In this document: piece after piece, positions 11,040 through 22,543 of the stretch
Layout of the letters: each line of letters opens with the position of its first letter
Position numbering within the stretch: the stretch's first letter is position 1
NCBI GenBank assembly: GCA_038087875.1
Contig: JAXLNO010000315.1
Location: 1 to 64,000, forward strand
DNA: 64,000 nucleotides
DNA from: Malacoraja senta
Taxonomy: Eukaryota
Reading direction: 5' to 3'
Translations under genes and position numbers: made by a program
The notes under the pieces: generated by a model
Told to the model about the DNA's origin: nothing
The model's input: only the letters and a program-made list of their open reading frames with translations
The model's database searches: none

Positions 11040-14000
11040 TTTCCGATCATTACTGGACCTATACAGGCCGTCAGCCGTCGTCGGTCCGCCTTTCTCCTAC
11101 TCTGAAGTTGGGATTTTTACTCTTTTGCAGTGTGTGATATGTACCCACGTTGGCCTTTCGGCAATTCTTACCGCAGTGGGAGTAGTAAGTAGTACTTGAT
11201 ACGGAACTTCCCACCGAGGGCTTGACCACCTTTTTCTTTTGATACGAACACCCAGTCTCCGGGCTATAATTCCTCCACGAGATTCCCTTCCGCTTGGTCA
11301 AGACCTGTTAAACCTTTCAACACACGAGATTTGTTTATTAGCATTTTCTTCATGTACTGTGCTAGGGTACTATCTTCAATTACTGTCTCAGAAAACTTTT
11401 GTAGAACAGGGTATTGGAATGGTTTTACCATACAATATTTCATACGGAGACATTCCCCTCGTACTTGGCAGCATTCTCATATTTAATAAGACAAATGTGA
11501 GGCAATCTATCCAGGAGAATCCCGTTTCCGCCATTGCCTTCCTTAATTTGCTTTTAATAGTTCCATTAGTCCTTTCTACTAACCCTGCAGACTGTGGGTG
11601 GTAAGAGCAGTGATGTTTTAATTGTATTTTTAAGGTCGCCGTGAGCTTCCCTATTACCTCATTGACAAAATGCCTCCCATTGTCACGATATATTTTCTCT
11701 GGTATCCCGAACCTTGGTATGATGTCCCTGAGGAGAGCTTTTGCCACTGTCAACGCGTCCACATTGGCAGAGGGAAAAACTTCAACCCATCGGGAAAATA
11801 CATCAATAATCACTAAACAATATTTCTTCCCTTGCGAGAAAGTCCATATTAAAATTTTGAAATGGGTACCTTGGTTGTGGGTACTTCCCTTGTTGTTTCT
11901 TCATGTTTCCTTGTGGATTGTACCTGGCACATATCTCGCATGTTTCGCAGTACTTCTTTGCATAACTCGTGAACCCATAGGTTTTGAACACCTTCTCGAC
12001 TAATTGCACCATTCCTCCTGCTGAGACATGGGTTACCCCATGGCTCATAACACAGGCAAATCGGAATAGGGACTTTGTCAATATCAAGCGTCCATCTTTA
12101 TATCTCCACAGTCCATCCTCCTGTTTTTCAGCTTCATCCATTTTCCATTTGTATTTTTCCGTTGGGGGTGCGGCCTTTTGCATGTTTTGCAACACCTCGT
12201 GGTCCACTTCTTGTATCTCCAGTCTGAACTCTTCTTTATGGTCTGGGGGTTGCTGGGCTGCCTCCTTGGCAGCTGCATCAGCTATTCGGTATCCATTACT
12301 GATTGAGTCTGTTCCTTTGGTGTGTGCGGCACATTTGCAAATGGCTATTGCTTTTGGCAGTAGCACGGCTCCAAGAAGGTTAAGAATGAGATCCTTATGC
12401 AGTAGGGGTTTTCCTGTGGAGGTAACCATTCCTCGGTTCCTCCATTGTGCGGCGAAGACATGTACCGTGGAGAAAGCGTAGGCACTGTCTGTGTAGATGT
12501 TGACCCTCTGCTAGTCTGCAGGCTTCTATAAGTGCAACTAATTCTGCAGCTTGTGCAGAGTAATGCGGTGGCAGTGCTTCGGCTTTCAGTGAATCGGTTT
12601 CCGTGACCACTGCAAAACCCGATTGGTTTGTTCCAGTCTCATTCTTCTTGCAGGATCCGTCGATGTACAATGTCAGGTCCAGGTCTTTCAAGGCCATGTC
12701 CTTGAGGTCTGGTCTTGGCATCACTAACTTGTCAGTCTCTTCCAGGCACAATGATCTGTTTTGTAGTAAACGCCTACTATGTTCTGTGTGCTAAAGCAAA
12801 GCAAGAATTTCATTGTCCTATCAGGGACACATGACAATAAACTCACTTGAACTTGAACTTGGACAATTGTGCTGTTCCCCGTCTTCCTCGGTCGGCATCA
12901 GTGTAGCTGGGTTCAAGGTAGTACATCTTTCTATAGTCAGATTGGCTTGTGATAGCAGTACTGCCATGCAAGACAAATGCCTAGCTCAGCTGGTGATAGA
13001 TACGAGATCTTTTGTTGTAGTAATAGGACTGATACGGCGTGTGGTACCCTCAATACCAGTGGCCTATATAAGATGATCGTTGCAGAAGCTTGTACTGCTA
13101 ATGCTGCGGCTATAACCAATTGTAGGCACGTTGGAAGGGCTCGTGCCACTTGATCCAGCTTGGTTGAATAGTAATAATAATAATAATAGATTTTATTTAT
13201 ATAGCGCTTTTCAGGACTCAAAGAATAGTAGGCGATGGGTCTCAATTTCCCTCCATGGTCTTGCAGCAGTACGGACGTCATGTATCCCTGTTTGCTGTCC
13301 ACTGTTTGGATAAATGGCTTCTCTGAATTTGGTAAGCCTAGTACAGAGGATGATACCAGTGCTTGTTTTACAGTCTCAAATGCTCGCTCACATTCTTCGG
13401 TCTAAGTTATCTGATCTTTTGCCGCCATTGGTTGGTGATAGATGAGTTGCAGAAGTGGTCCCGTCATTTCATCATAGCTTGGGATCCATTGTCTGCAGAA
13501 ATTGGCCATTCCCAAGAATTGCATCATTTCTCTCTAGGTTGTGGGCCTTGGTGCGGCTAGGAGTGCTTTTTTTCGGTTCCCATCCAGTTCCCGTCCTTCC
13601 TGGGATATATCGTACCCCAAGTACTTAACCTTTTCTTTACATAGTTGTAGCTTTCCTTTACTAACCTTATGTCCTTGTTCTGACAGGAACTTAAGTAATG
13701 TTACTGTATCCTTCTCGCAGTCTTCCATCGTCGGGGAGCAGAGTAACACGTCATCCACGTACAGGAGAATTTTGCTACCGCAGGGGGGTGTAAACTTCTC
13801 AATATTTGAACTCATTGCCATAGAAAATATTGTCGGACTCTCGGTGTATCCCTGAGGTAGTGGCGTGTAGGTCCATCTTTTTCCTTCAAAGGTAAAAGCA
13901 AACCAGAATTGACAATCCGGGTGTACTGGTATAGAGAAGAAGGCATTAGCTAGGTCGATCACAGCGAAGTACTTATGTTTAGGATCGATGTCAGTCAGGA

Positions 14001-14205
14001 GGGTACTGGGGTTGGGAACACACAGAGCTCTTGGCATCACAGCTCGGTTTACGGCTTGGAGGTCTTGGACCATTCTCCATCCGTCGGACGGTGCCGCTTT
14101 CTTTACCGGGAACATAGGTGTGTTACACGGAGAGTTTTCACATGGAATGATGACTCCTTTTCCTTTTAATGCCTCAAAGATTGGTCTTATCCCCTCGATT
14201 GCATT
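11040..14205 (-). pseudogene. pol: Retroviral RT-RNaseH-integrase, frameshifted
   Basis: SPCNTPMFPVKK, DLANAFFSIP, LPQGYTESP, LYVDD; LYIDGS, SAQAAEL; DVFSRWVE, DNG, YHPQSAGLVERTNG. Confidence 0.93.
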
Positions 14206-15576
14206 CTGCACCTAATAATTCTCTCTCTCTCTCCAATCTAAACCTGAGAGATTACATTTCTGTAAGAATGTTTCCATTCTCACAGAACAGTCTGTCGTTT
14301 TGGCTGAATAAAGTGTCTGATAATATTGTAAAAATCTGTCATTGATGTCCTTGGGCAATGTTAGTGTTTCTCCCGTATTGGATCTAATTTTATGAATTGT
14401 TCTTTCATCATCTAGTTTACAAAGTTTATTTTTTATTTTTATTTTTTATTTTTTATTTTTATTTATTAGAAGTACATTACATTACAACCACATACATTAG
14501 TACTCGTCACTTATGTCTTCTTACAATTAATGTACTCCATTTATTTTTTACACTAGAAAAAGAAAAGATTGAAAGAAAGAAGAAAGTGAAGGAAAAAGTG
14601 AAAGTGTAGCAAATGTGACAACAAAAAAGGACGAAGACCCTATAAGAGCAAAATTAAAAACAAAAGAAAAAGAGTTAAGAAATAGACCCTAGAAAAGAAA
14701 GAGAAAGAGAAAGAGGAAAAAGAGAGAAACAAATATTTTTATGAGCATTACGTAAATGGGACATACCAACTCTTCAACTAGCATCCCCCCTTACCTGACC
14801 TCAATTTTTTTTAAAGTACTTTTGCACCCTATATTTGTAATTCTATAAATGCAGACCACGTCAGGTGGAAATGATCTGGTTTACCTACTAGGAGGGGTCT
14901 TATCTCTAAACCTGAGAGATTACATTTCTGTAAGAATGTTTCCATTCTCACAGAACAGTCTGTCGTTTTGGCTGAATAAAGTGTCTGATAATATTGTAAA
15001 AATCTGTCATTGATGTCCTTGGGCAATGTTAGTGTTTCTCCTGTATTGGATCTAATTTTATGAATTGTTCTTTCATCATCTAATTTACAAAGTTGACGAG
15101 CAAACAGTTTTTGTGGTTTGTCACCGAATTCGAATTGTAATTGTTTAGTATGTTGATAAAGTCTTATAATTTGATCTGATATATGTGATTTAACTTATAT
15201 TTAAATGCAGCAATTTTGTTGTGTTTTATCATAGAAGGAGCGGTCGCATTCTTTATATCTAATTGCCTTATTTCCATTTCTAGTTCATGTTGTTTAGCTC
15301 GACTCTTTTTATTATGAAAGGCTTGAGAGGAGATAAGCGCTCCTCGTACAAATACTTTAAATGTTTCCCAGAGAAGGGAGACAGATGTTTCTGGAAAGTC
15401 GTTCGTCTGGAAAAACATTAATCTGTGTTGTAAGATATTCGTAGCATGCTTTATCATTTAAAATTTGAGGGTTAAGTCTCCAGTATGTCTGCTTCTCGGT
15501 TATTCCATTTAGTTTAACCATGAATGTTAGAGGTGCATGATCCGAGATTATAATATTATGATATTTTGAGTTATAT
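14206..15576 (-). pseudogene. L1 ORF2 EN-to-RT linker segment
   Basis: IIISDHAPL, YWRLNPQIL, LLWETFKVFVRG, FGDKPQKLFARQL, PKDINDRFLQYYQTLY. Confidence 0.85.
14427..14904 (-). mobile_element. L1 3' end (second L1 family) flanked by a 190-bp direct duplication
   Basis: ORF2 end GKPDHFHLTWSAFIELQI*, 3' UTR and A-rich tail; flanks 14237-14426 and 14905-15094 match. Confidence 0.88.
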
Positions 15577-18500
15577 AGATACATAGAAAATAGGTGCAGG
15601 AGTAGGCCATTCGGCCCTTCGAGCCTGCACCGCCATTCAATATGATCATGGCTGATCATCCAACTCAGTATCCCGTACCTGCCTTCTCTCCATACCCCCT
15701 GATCCCTTTAGCCACAAGGGCCACATCTAACTCCCTCTTAAATATAGCCAATGAACTGGCCTCAACTACCCTCTGTGGCAGAGAGTTCCAGAGATTCACC
15801 ACTCTCTGTGTGAAAAAGTTTTTCCTCATCTCGGTCTTAAAGGATTTCCCCCTTATCCTTAAGCTGTGACCCCTTGTCCTGGACTTCCCCAACATCGTGA
15901 ACAATCTTCCTGCATCTAGCCTGTCCAACCCCATAAGAATTTTGTACGTTTCTATAAGATCCCCTCTCAATCTCCTAAATTCTAGCGAGTATAAGCCAAG
16001 TCTATCCAGTCTTTCTTCATATGAAAGTCCTGACATCCCAGGAATCAGTCTGGTGAACCTTCTCTGCACTCCCTCTATGGCTATAATGTCCTTCCTCAGA
16101 TTTGGAGACCAAAACTGTACGCAATACTCCAGGTGTGGTCTCACCAAGACCCTGTACAACTGCAGTAGAACCTCCCTGCTCCTATACTCAAGTCCTCTTG
16201 CTATGAAGGCCAACATACCATTCGCTTTCTTCACTGCCTGCTGCACCTGCATGCCTACTTTCAATGACTGGTGTACCATGACACCCAGGTCTCGCTGCAT
16301 CTCCCCATTTCCTAATCGGCCACCATTTAGATAATTGTCTGCCTTCCCGTTTTTGCCACCAAAGTGGATAACCTCACATTTATCCACATTATACTGCATC
16401 TGCCAAACATTTGCCCACTCACCCAGCCTATCCAAGTCACCTTGCAGTTTCCTAGCATCCTCCTCACAGCTAACACTGCCCCCCAGCTTAGTGTCATCCG
16501 CAAACTTGGAGATGTTGCTTTCAATTCCCTCGTCCAGATCATTAATATAAATTGTAAATGGCTGGGGTCCCAGCACTGAGCCTTGCGGTACCCCACTAGT
16601 CACTGCCTGCCATTGTGAAAAGGACCCGTTTACTCCTACTCTTTGCTTCCTGTTTGCCAGCCAGTTCTCTATCCACATCAATGCTGAACCCCCAATACCG
16701 TGTGATTTAAGTTTGTATCCTAATCTCTTATGTGGTACCTTGCCGAAAGCCTTCTGAAAGTCCAGATACAACACATCCACTGGTTCTCCCCTATCCACTC
16801 TACTAGTTACATCCTCGAAAAATTCTATAAGATTCGTCAGACACGATTTACCTTTCGTAAATCCATGCTGACTTTGTCCAATGATTTCACCACTTTCCAA
16901 ATGTGCTGCTATCCCATCTTTAATAACTGACTCTAGCAGTTTCCCCACTACCGATGTTAGACTAACTGGTCTGTAATTCCCCGTTTTCTCTCTCCCTCCC
17001 TTCTTAAAAAGTGGGGTTACGTTTGCTACCCTCCAATCCTCAGGAACTACTCCAGAATCTAAAGAGTTTTGAAAAATTATCACTAATGCATCCACTATTT
17101 CTGGAGCTACTTCCTTAAGTACTCTGGGATGCAGCCTATCTGGCCCTGGTGATTTATCGGCCTTTAATCCATTCAATTTACCCAACACCACTTCCCGACT
17201 AACCTGGATTTCACTCAGTTCCTCCATCTCCTTTGACCCGCGGCCCCCTGCTATTTCCGGCAGATAATTTATGTCTTCCTTAGTGAAGACGGAACCAAAG
17301 TAGTTATTCAATTGGTCCGCCATATCCTTGTTCCCCATGATCAATTCACCTGTTTCTGACTGCAAGGGACCTACATTTGTTTTAACTAATCTCTTTCTCT
17401 TCACATATCTATGAAAACTTTTGCAGTCAGTTTTTATGTTCCCTGCCAGTTTCCTTTCATAATCTATTTTCCCTTTCCTAATTAAGCCCTTTGTCCTCCT
17501 CTGCTGGTCTCTGAATTTCTCCCAGTCCTCTGGTATGCTGCTTTTTCTGGCTAATTTGTACGCATCATCTTTTGCTTTGATACTATCCCTGATTTCCCTT
17601 GTTATCCACGGATGCACTACCTTCCCTGATTTATTCTTTTGCCAAACTGGGATGAACAATTTTTGTAGTTCATCCATGCAGTCTTTAAATGCCTTCCATT
17701 GCATATCCACCGTCAACCCTTTTGGAACTAATTGCCAGTCAATCTTGGCCAATTCACGTCTCATACCCTCAAAGTTACCTTTCTTTAAGTTCAGAACCGT
17801 TGTTTCTGAATTAACAATGTCACTCTCCATCCTAATGAAGAACTCAACCATATTATGGTCACTCTTGCCCAAGGGGACACGCACAACAAGTCTGCTAACT
17901 AACCCTTCCTCATTACTCAATACCCAGTCTAGAATAGCCTGCTCTCTAGTTGGTTCCTCTACATGTTGGTTTAGATAACTATCCCTCATACATTCCAAGA
18001 AATCCTCTTCCTCAGCACCCCTGCCAATTTGATTCACCCAATCTATATGTAGATTGAAGTCACCCATTATAACTGTTTTGCCTTTGTTGCACGCATTTCT
18101 AATTTCCTGTTTGATGCCATCCCCAACTTCACTACTACTGCTAGGTGGCCTGTACACAACACCCACCAGCGTTTTCTGCCCCTTAGTGTTTCGCAGCTCT
18201 ACCCATACCGATTCCACATCCTCCAAGCTAATGTCCTTCCTTTCCACTGCGTTAATCTCCTCTCTAACCAGCAACGCTACCCCACCTCCTTTTCCTTTCT
18301 CTCTATCCCTCCTGAATATTGAATATCCCTGGATGTTCAGCTCCCAGCCTTGGTCACCGTGGAGCCATGTCTCCGTGATCCCAACTATATCATAATCATT
18401 AATTGCTATCTGCACGTTCAACTCATCCACCTTATTACGAATGCTCCTTGCATTGAGACACAAAGCCTTCAGGCTTGTTTTTACAACGCTCTTACCCCTT

Positions 18501-18862
18501 ATACAATTATGTTGAAAAGTGGCTCTTTTTGATTTTTGCCGTGGATTTGTCTGCCTGCCACTTTTACTTTTCACCTTGCTACCTATTGCTTCCGCCCGCA
18601 TTTTACACCCCTCTGTTTCTCTGCTCACCCATTTAAGAACCCCACCACCTCTTATTCTCTGTTTATTATTGTTTTCTTCTTTCCCCCCTACATGTTGGGT
18701 CTGAGTGCTTTCCTTCTCTGCCTCCTGCCTCACACACTGTCTAATAGCATTCTCTATTTGAGTCCCTCCCCCCAACCATTCTAGTTTAATGTCTCCCCAG
18801 TAGCCTTTGCAGATTTCCCCGCCAGGATATCGGTCCCCCTCAGGTTCAAGTGCAACCCATCC
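15577..18862 (-). mobile_element. CR1 LINE truncated in ORF1
   Basis: End of SGNH ORF1 (GLHLNLRGTDIL), full ORF2, 3' hairpin and TTTCTATG tail. Confidence 0.96.
15665..18775 (-). CDS. CR1 ORF2 (AP endonuclease + reverse transcriptase), uninterrupted 1036-aa frame
   Basis: NARSIRNK, GITETW, MGDFN, SDH; GVPQGSVLG, KFADD. Deviations: KAFGK and PQPF. Confidence 0.93.
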   Translation of the reverse strand: MGGGTQIENAIRQCVRQEAEKESTQTQHVGGKEENNNKQRIRGGGVLKWVSRETEGCKMRAEAIGSKVKSKSGRQTNPRQKSKRATFQHNCIRGKSVVKTSLKALCLNARSIRNKVDELNVQIAINDYDIVGITETWLHGDQGWELNIQGYSIFRRDREKGKGGGVALLVREEINAVERKDISLEDVESVWVELRNTKGQKTLVGVVYRPPSSSSEVGDGIKQEIRNACNKGKTVIMGDFNLHIDWVNQIGRGAEEEDFLECMRDSYLNQHVEEPTREQAILDWVLSNEEGLVSRLVVRVPLGKSDHNMVEFFIRMESDIVNSETTVLNLKKGNFEGMRRELAKIDWQLVPKGLTVDMQWKAFKDCMDELQKLFIPVWQKNKSGKVVHPWITREIRDSIKAKDDAYKLARKSSIPEDWEKFRDQQRRTKGLIRKGKIDYERKLAGNIKTDCKSFHRYVKRKRLVKTNVGPLQSETGELIMGNKDMADQLNNYFGSVFTKEDINYLPEIAGGRGSKEMEELSEIQVSREVVLGKLNGLKADKSPGPDRLHPRVLKEVAPEIVDALVIIFQNSLDSGVVPEDWRVANVTPLFKKGGREKTGNYRPVSLTSVVGKLLESVIKDGIAAHLESGEIIGQSQHGFTKGKSCLTNLIEFFEDVTSRVDRGEPVDVLYLDFQKAFGKVPHKRLGYKLKSHGIGGSALMWIENWLANRKQRVGVNGSFSQWQAVTSGVPQGSVLGPQPFTIYINDLDEGIESNISKFADDTKLGGSVSCEEDARKLQGDLDRLGEWANVWQMQYNVDKCEVIHFGGKNGKADNYLNGGRLGNGEMQRDLGVMVHQSLKVGMQVQQAVKKANGMLAFIARGLEYRSREVLLQLYRVLVRPHLEYCVQFWSPNLRKDIIAIEGVQRRFTRLIPGMSGLSYEERLDRLGLYSLEFRRLRGDLIETYKILMGLDRLDAGRLFTMLGKSRTRGHSLRIRGKSFKTEMRKNFFTQRVVNLWNSLPQRVVEASSLAIFKRELDVALVAKGIRGYGEKAGTGY

Positions 18863-19535
18863 TATACGGGATAAGTTTAGAGTCCACTAAAAAATAGTCG
18901 ATTCTTGAATATGTTTTATGTACTGGTGAATAAAATGAGTATTCTCGTCCAGTAGGATTTTCTATTCTCCAGACATCTTTGATATTGGCAGTATTAATGT
19001 ATGAGTTTAATAATTCATTTGCCTTGGATTTTATTTTCCTTTGTCTTGATGATCTATCTAAATAAGGGTCTAATGTGCAATTTAAGTCTCCACCAATTAT
19101 CAAATTGTATTGTGTAAGTTCTGGGATAGTATTAAATGTTTTCTTAAAAAACAATGGGCTGTCATAATTTGGACCATAAACGTTGAGGAAAATCACTTTT
19201 TTTGAATATAATTCACCCACCAATATAATATATCTACCATCAATATCCGCAATAGTTGATATATGTTTAAACGGTATACCCTTACGGATTAAAATTGCAA
19301 CCCCTCTAGACTTATGGGAGAATAAGGAATGATACATTTTAGCAATCCATTTTGCTTTCAATCTATGTTGTGCTTCATTTTTTAGATGAGTTTCTTGAAG
19401 GAATATTATATCAGCTTTAAGTGATTGTAAGTGTGCTAATACTTTACCTCTCTTGATTGGTTCATTAATACCCTTGACATTCCAACTACAAAATGTAATT
19501 CCTTCACCCCCAATTTTCATATTAGCATCTTGCAT
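18863..19535 (-). pseudogene. L1 ORF2 endonuclease domain
   Basis: SWNVKG, LQETH, GGDLN, YSRIDYF; cut by the CR1. Confidence 0.92.
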
Positions 19536-20213
19536 CTTATGGATAGAGTGGTCTATAAAGAAGCAAATGGTTCAACACATTAAACCTGGTATTCCACCCG
19601 AACACAGGTTAAGTTTAATAGGTCTTCATCCCGAACATATCTCCTAAAAAAAATCGTATAATTAAATTTAATATTTAGGTTATAATTAAAGATAAAGTGG
19701 AAAAATAGATGGTTAAAATGGTGCGGGGAAAGTAGAAAAACTACAACTACAATAAGTGTAGTTAGTGATAGTCGCACTAGCGTGGCTAAACCTCTGAAGA
19801 CTTCCGTAGCCTTGTAAAAAAGATAATACTAGTTCCATGTTTTAAAAAAACAGAAAATCTCAATACAAACAATTTATAAAAGGGAGGGGAGAAAAAAGAA
19901 ACAGTTAGGTCCAAAGGATTTTTAATCCAGTAGTAGGAAATTTTTATTCTCTTCAAAAATTAGTCAAATATTAGTCAAGTATTAAAAAATAAAATACCTG
20001 GATCAGGCATTATTTACAGTTCTTATTTATAACTAATTCTGAGAATATCTTGTTAGTAATGGTTAGTAATAGTTAGTAATAGTTAGTACTAAATAATAAT
20101 GGTTGTGAATTAATAGCAAGATAACTTGCTCAACTATCATCAATCTTTAAGTATAACAACTTAAAGTTCCATTTGTTCTCTGCCAAGTAATGATACCGTG
20201 AAGATAATGTTCA

Positions 20214-21248
20214 TTACTCCGGGGATTTCTCAATGTCCTGGGCGAACTCAAGTGCTTTCTTGTGGTCGGTGAAGAAGTGTTCCTTGTGCTTGTAGGTAAC
20301 TCGCAGTTTTGCAGGGTGCCACAGTCCAAATCTTTGGTTTGATATCTTCCTGAGAATTCCTCTTGTCTCGTTAAAAAGCGCTCTTCTCTTAACAACCTCT
20401 GCGGGGTAGTCTCTGAAAATACTAATGTTGTCACCTTCAAATGATAGATTTCTGTTGCCGGCAATTTTCGTCAAGATGTCTTCCAAAACGTGGTCATAAT
20501 GCGCCTTCAATATCAGATGTCTTGGGGGGACGTTAATATTCGGACGGGGTCTCAATGCTCTGTGTGCACGATCCAGTAGAGGCTTTGTATCTAAGTTTAA
20601 AACTTTTTGTAGAAGATCAGCAGTAAAATTACGAGGGTTTTTATTTCCCTCTCTGCCCTCTTTGACTCCAACAATTCTCAGGTTCTGACGTTTCGAACGT
20701 CCCTCTAAGTCAATACATTTTTCAGAGACTTTATTCAGTAATTCTGATAAACGCTCGGTCTCAGACAAGATCTTTTTTGTAGTTTCAGCACTTGTCTCAG
20801 CAATTGACTCTAATTCAGTTATAACTGTAGTGTGCTGATTTACTGTATCAATAATGGGATCCAACCTGGAGTTAAGATTGAATTCCAACATATTAAATTT
20901 AACGTTTAGCTCTTCCATTTGTTGTTTTATTTTTCCACATATTTCGTCCTTCCAGGTAAACAATTCTTCCTGAATTTGAGCACGGACAGTCAGAAACAAT
21001 GTTGATATTTCTTCTTTGAAGTTTTTCAGATCTTCCTTTATGCCTGAGATTTCTTCTGAAATAAAGGCACGAAAGTCCTCCATTCCGTTTTTTTTTGGCT
21101 TTGTCTTCTGAACCTGTTTAGGGATTTCTTCTTGGGACGACGCTGTAATTGAGGCCGAGGTTTCACTCGGGCCTACTTCTTCCTCCGGTGGCTTAACCCT
21201 GCCAGTTTTCTTTGTTTGTCCTTTCGTGGGTGTTCGTTGAGTCGACAT
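20214..21248 (-). CDS. L1 ORF1p (coiled coil, RRM, CTD), open
   Basis: DLEGRSKRQNLRIVGVKE, LDRAHR, ISIFRDY, PAKLRV; first ATG at 21248. Confidence 0.92.
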   Translation of the reverse strand: MSTQRTPTKGQTKKTGRVKPPEEEVGPSETSASITASSQEEIPKQVQKTKPKKNGMEDFRAFISEEISGIKEDLKNFKEEISTLFLTVRAQIQEELFTWKDEICGKIKQQMEELNVKFNMLEFNLNSRLDPIIDTVNQHTTVITELESIAETSAETTKKILSETERLSELLNKVSEKCIDLEGRSKRQNLRIVGVKEGREGNKNPRNFTADLLQKVLNLDTKPLLDRAHRALRPRPNINVPPRHLILKAHYDHVLEDILTKIAGNRNLSFEGDNISIFRDYPAEVVKRRALFNETRGILRKISNQRFGLWHPAKLRVTYKHKEHFFTDHKKALEFAQDIEKSPE

Positions 21249-21407
21249 TAAGCAACCGGAGTCGCGGTCTGATGATGCCACTCACCCCTCCACACAAACT
21301 GCCAGTAAATTTCAGCGGGCCAGTCCCGTTTTTCTCCCTTTTTTCCTCTGATTCTTCACGGAGCTAGCTGGCGCGTGCTTTTACTACAGCATAGCGCCAC
21401 CGGAAGT

Positions 21408-22543
21408 GTTGCTGTGCCTTCTTGACCAGCGCAGCGGTGTTGGTGGACCATGTGAGGTCCTCCGAAAAGTGTGTGACCAGAAACCTGAAGCTAGACACTC
21501 TCTCCACACTGTCCCCGTTGATAAAGATTGGAGCGTATTCCCCATTATGTGACCTTCTGAAGTTGATGATCAGCTCCTTGGTCTTAGAGGTGTTTAGGGG
21601 CAGGTTGTTATCTGAGCACCACTCCGCCAGGTTCTGCACCTCCGCTCTGTAGTGTGTTTCATCACCGTTGGTGATCAGCCTGATCACCGTTGTGCCATCT
21701 GCAAACTTGACAATGGTGTTGGTGGCGAATGCAGGAACACAGTCGTGTGTGAGGAGAGAGTAGAGCATGGGGCTCAGTACACAGCCCTGTGGTGTGCCGG
21801 TACTCAGGGTGATAGTGGAGGACAGGTGCGGACCCAGTCTCACTGCCTGTGGTCGCTCCATTAGGAAATTCAGGATCCAGTCACATATCGACGAGCTGAG
21901 CCCTAGCTGGTGGAGTTTGGTGGTGAGCTTGGTGGGGATGACCGTGTTGAAGGCAGAGCTGTAGTCTATGAAGAGCATCCTCACGTACGTGCCCTGTCTC
22001 TCCAGGTGAGTCAGGACAGTGTGAAGAGCCAGAGAGATGGCATCCTCTGTGGATCTGTTTGCCCTGTATGCGAATTGATGTGAGTCCAGTGAGACAGGGA
22101 TGCTGGATTTGATGTGTGGGCGGACCAGCCTTTCAAAGCACTTCATGGTTATTGGTGTTAAGGCAACCGGACGGTAGTCGTTCAGGTTGGTGATTTTTGT
22201 CTTTTACGGCACCGGCACTATGGTAGCTGACTTCAGGCACTTGGGGACCGTTGCCAGAGATAGAGACTTAAAGATCCTGGTGAATACCTCAGCCAGCTGT
22301 TCAGCACAGTCCTTAAGTACCCTTCCTTGGACTCCGTCCGTGCCTGCAACCTTGCGTGGATTGACCCTTCGCAGAGCGCACTGTACATCCTGTGTGCTCA
22401 ATGTTAAGACCTGTCCCTCCACCATGGCCGGGGTTATTCCACTCCTGGTGGTGTTGCCAGTTTCGAAGCAGGCAAAGAAGGTGTTAGGCTCGTTGGCCAG
22501 TGTGATATCACTGTGGGGGCAGGCAGAGCTGCTCTTGTAGTCC
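21408..22543 (-). mobile_element. Rex1/Babar LINE, RT part (joins 5230-5847)
   Basis: [41 protein letters not shown] continues as RLFCLR across the TSD. Confidence 0.93.

Larger units (their letters stand above)
8341..14205 (-). mobile_element. Epsilon/gamma-like endogenous retrovirus fragment (pol-env-PPT-partial 3' LTR); no gag or 5' LTR
   Basis: RT, RNase H, IN and Env motifs; PPT AAACAGGAGGAAAA (8476-8489) followed by TGATG at 8475. Confidence 0.92.
5848..21407 (-). mobile_element. Full-length L1 expanded by nested insertions
   Basis: 16-bp TSD GTTGCTGTGCCTTCTT at 5832-5847 and 21408-21423; 5' end ACTTCCGGTGGCGC; ORF1, spacer, ORF2 pieces, A-rich tail. Confidence 0.93.
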
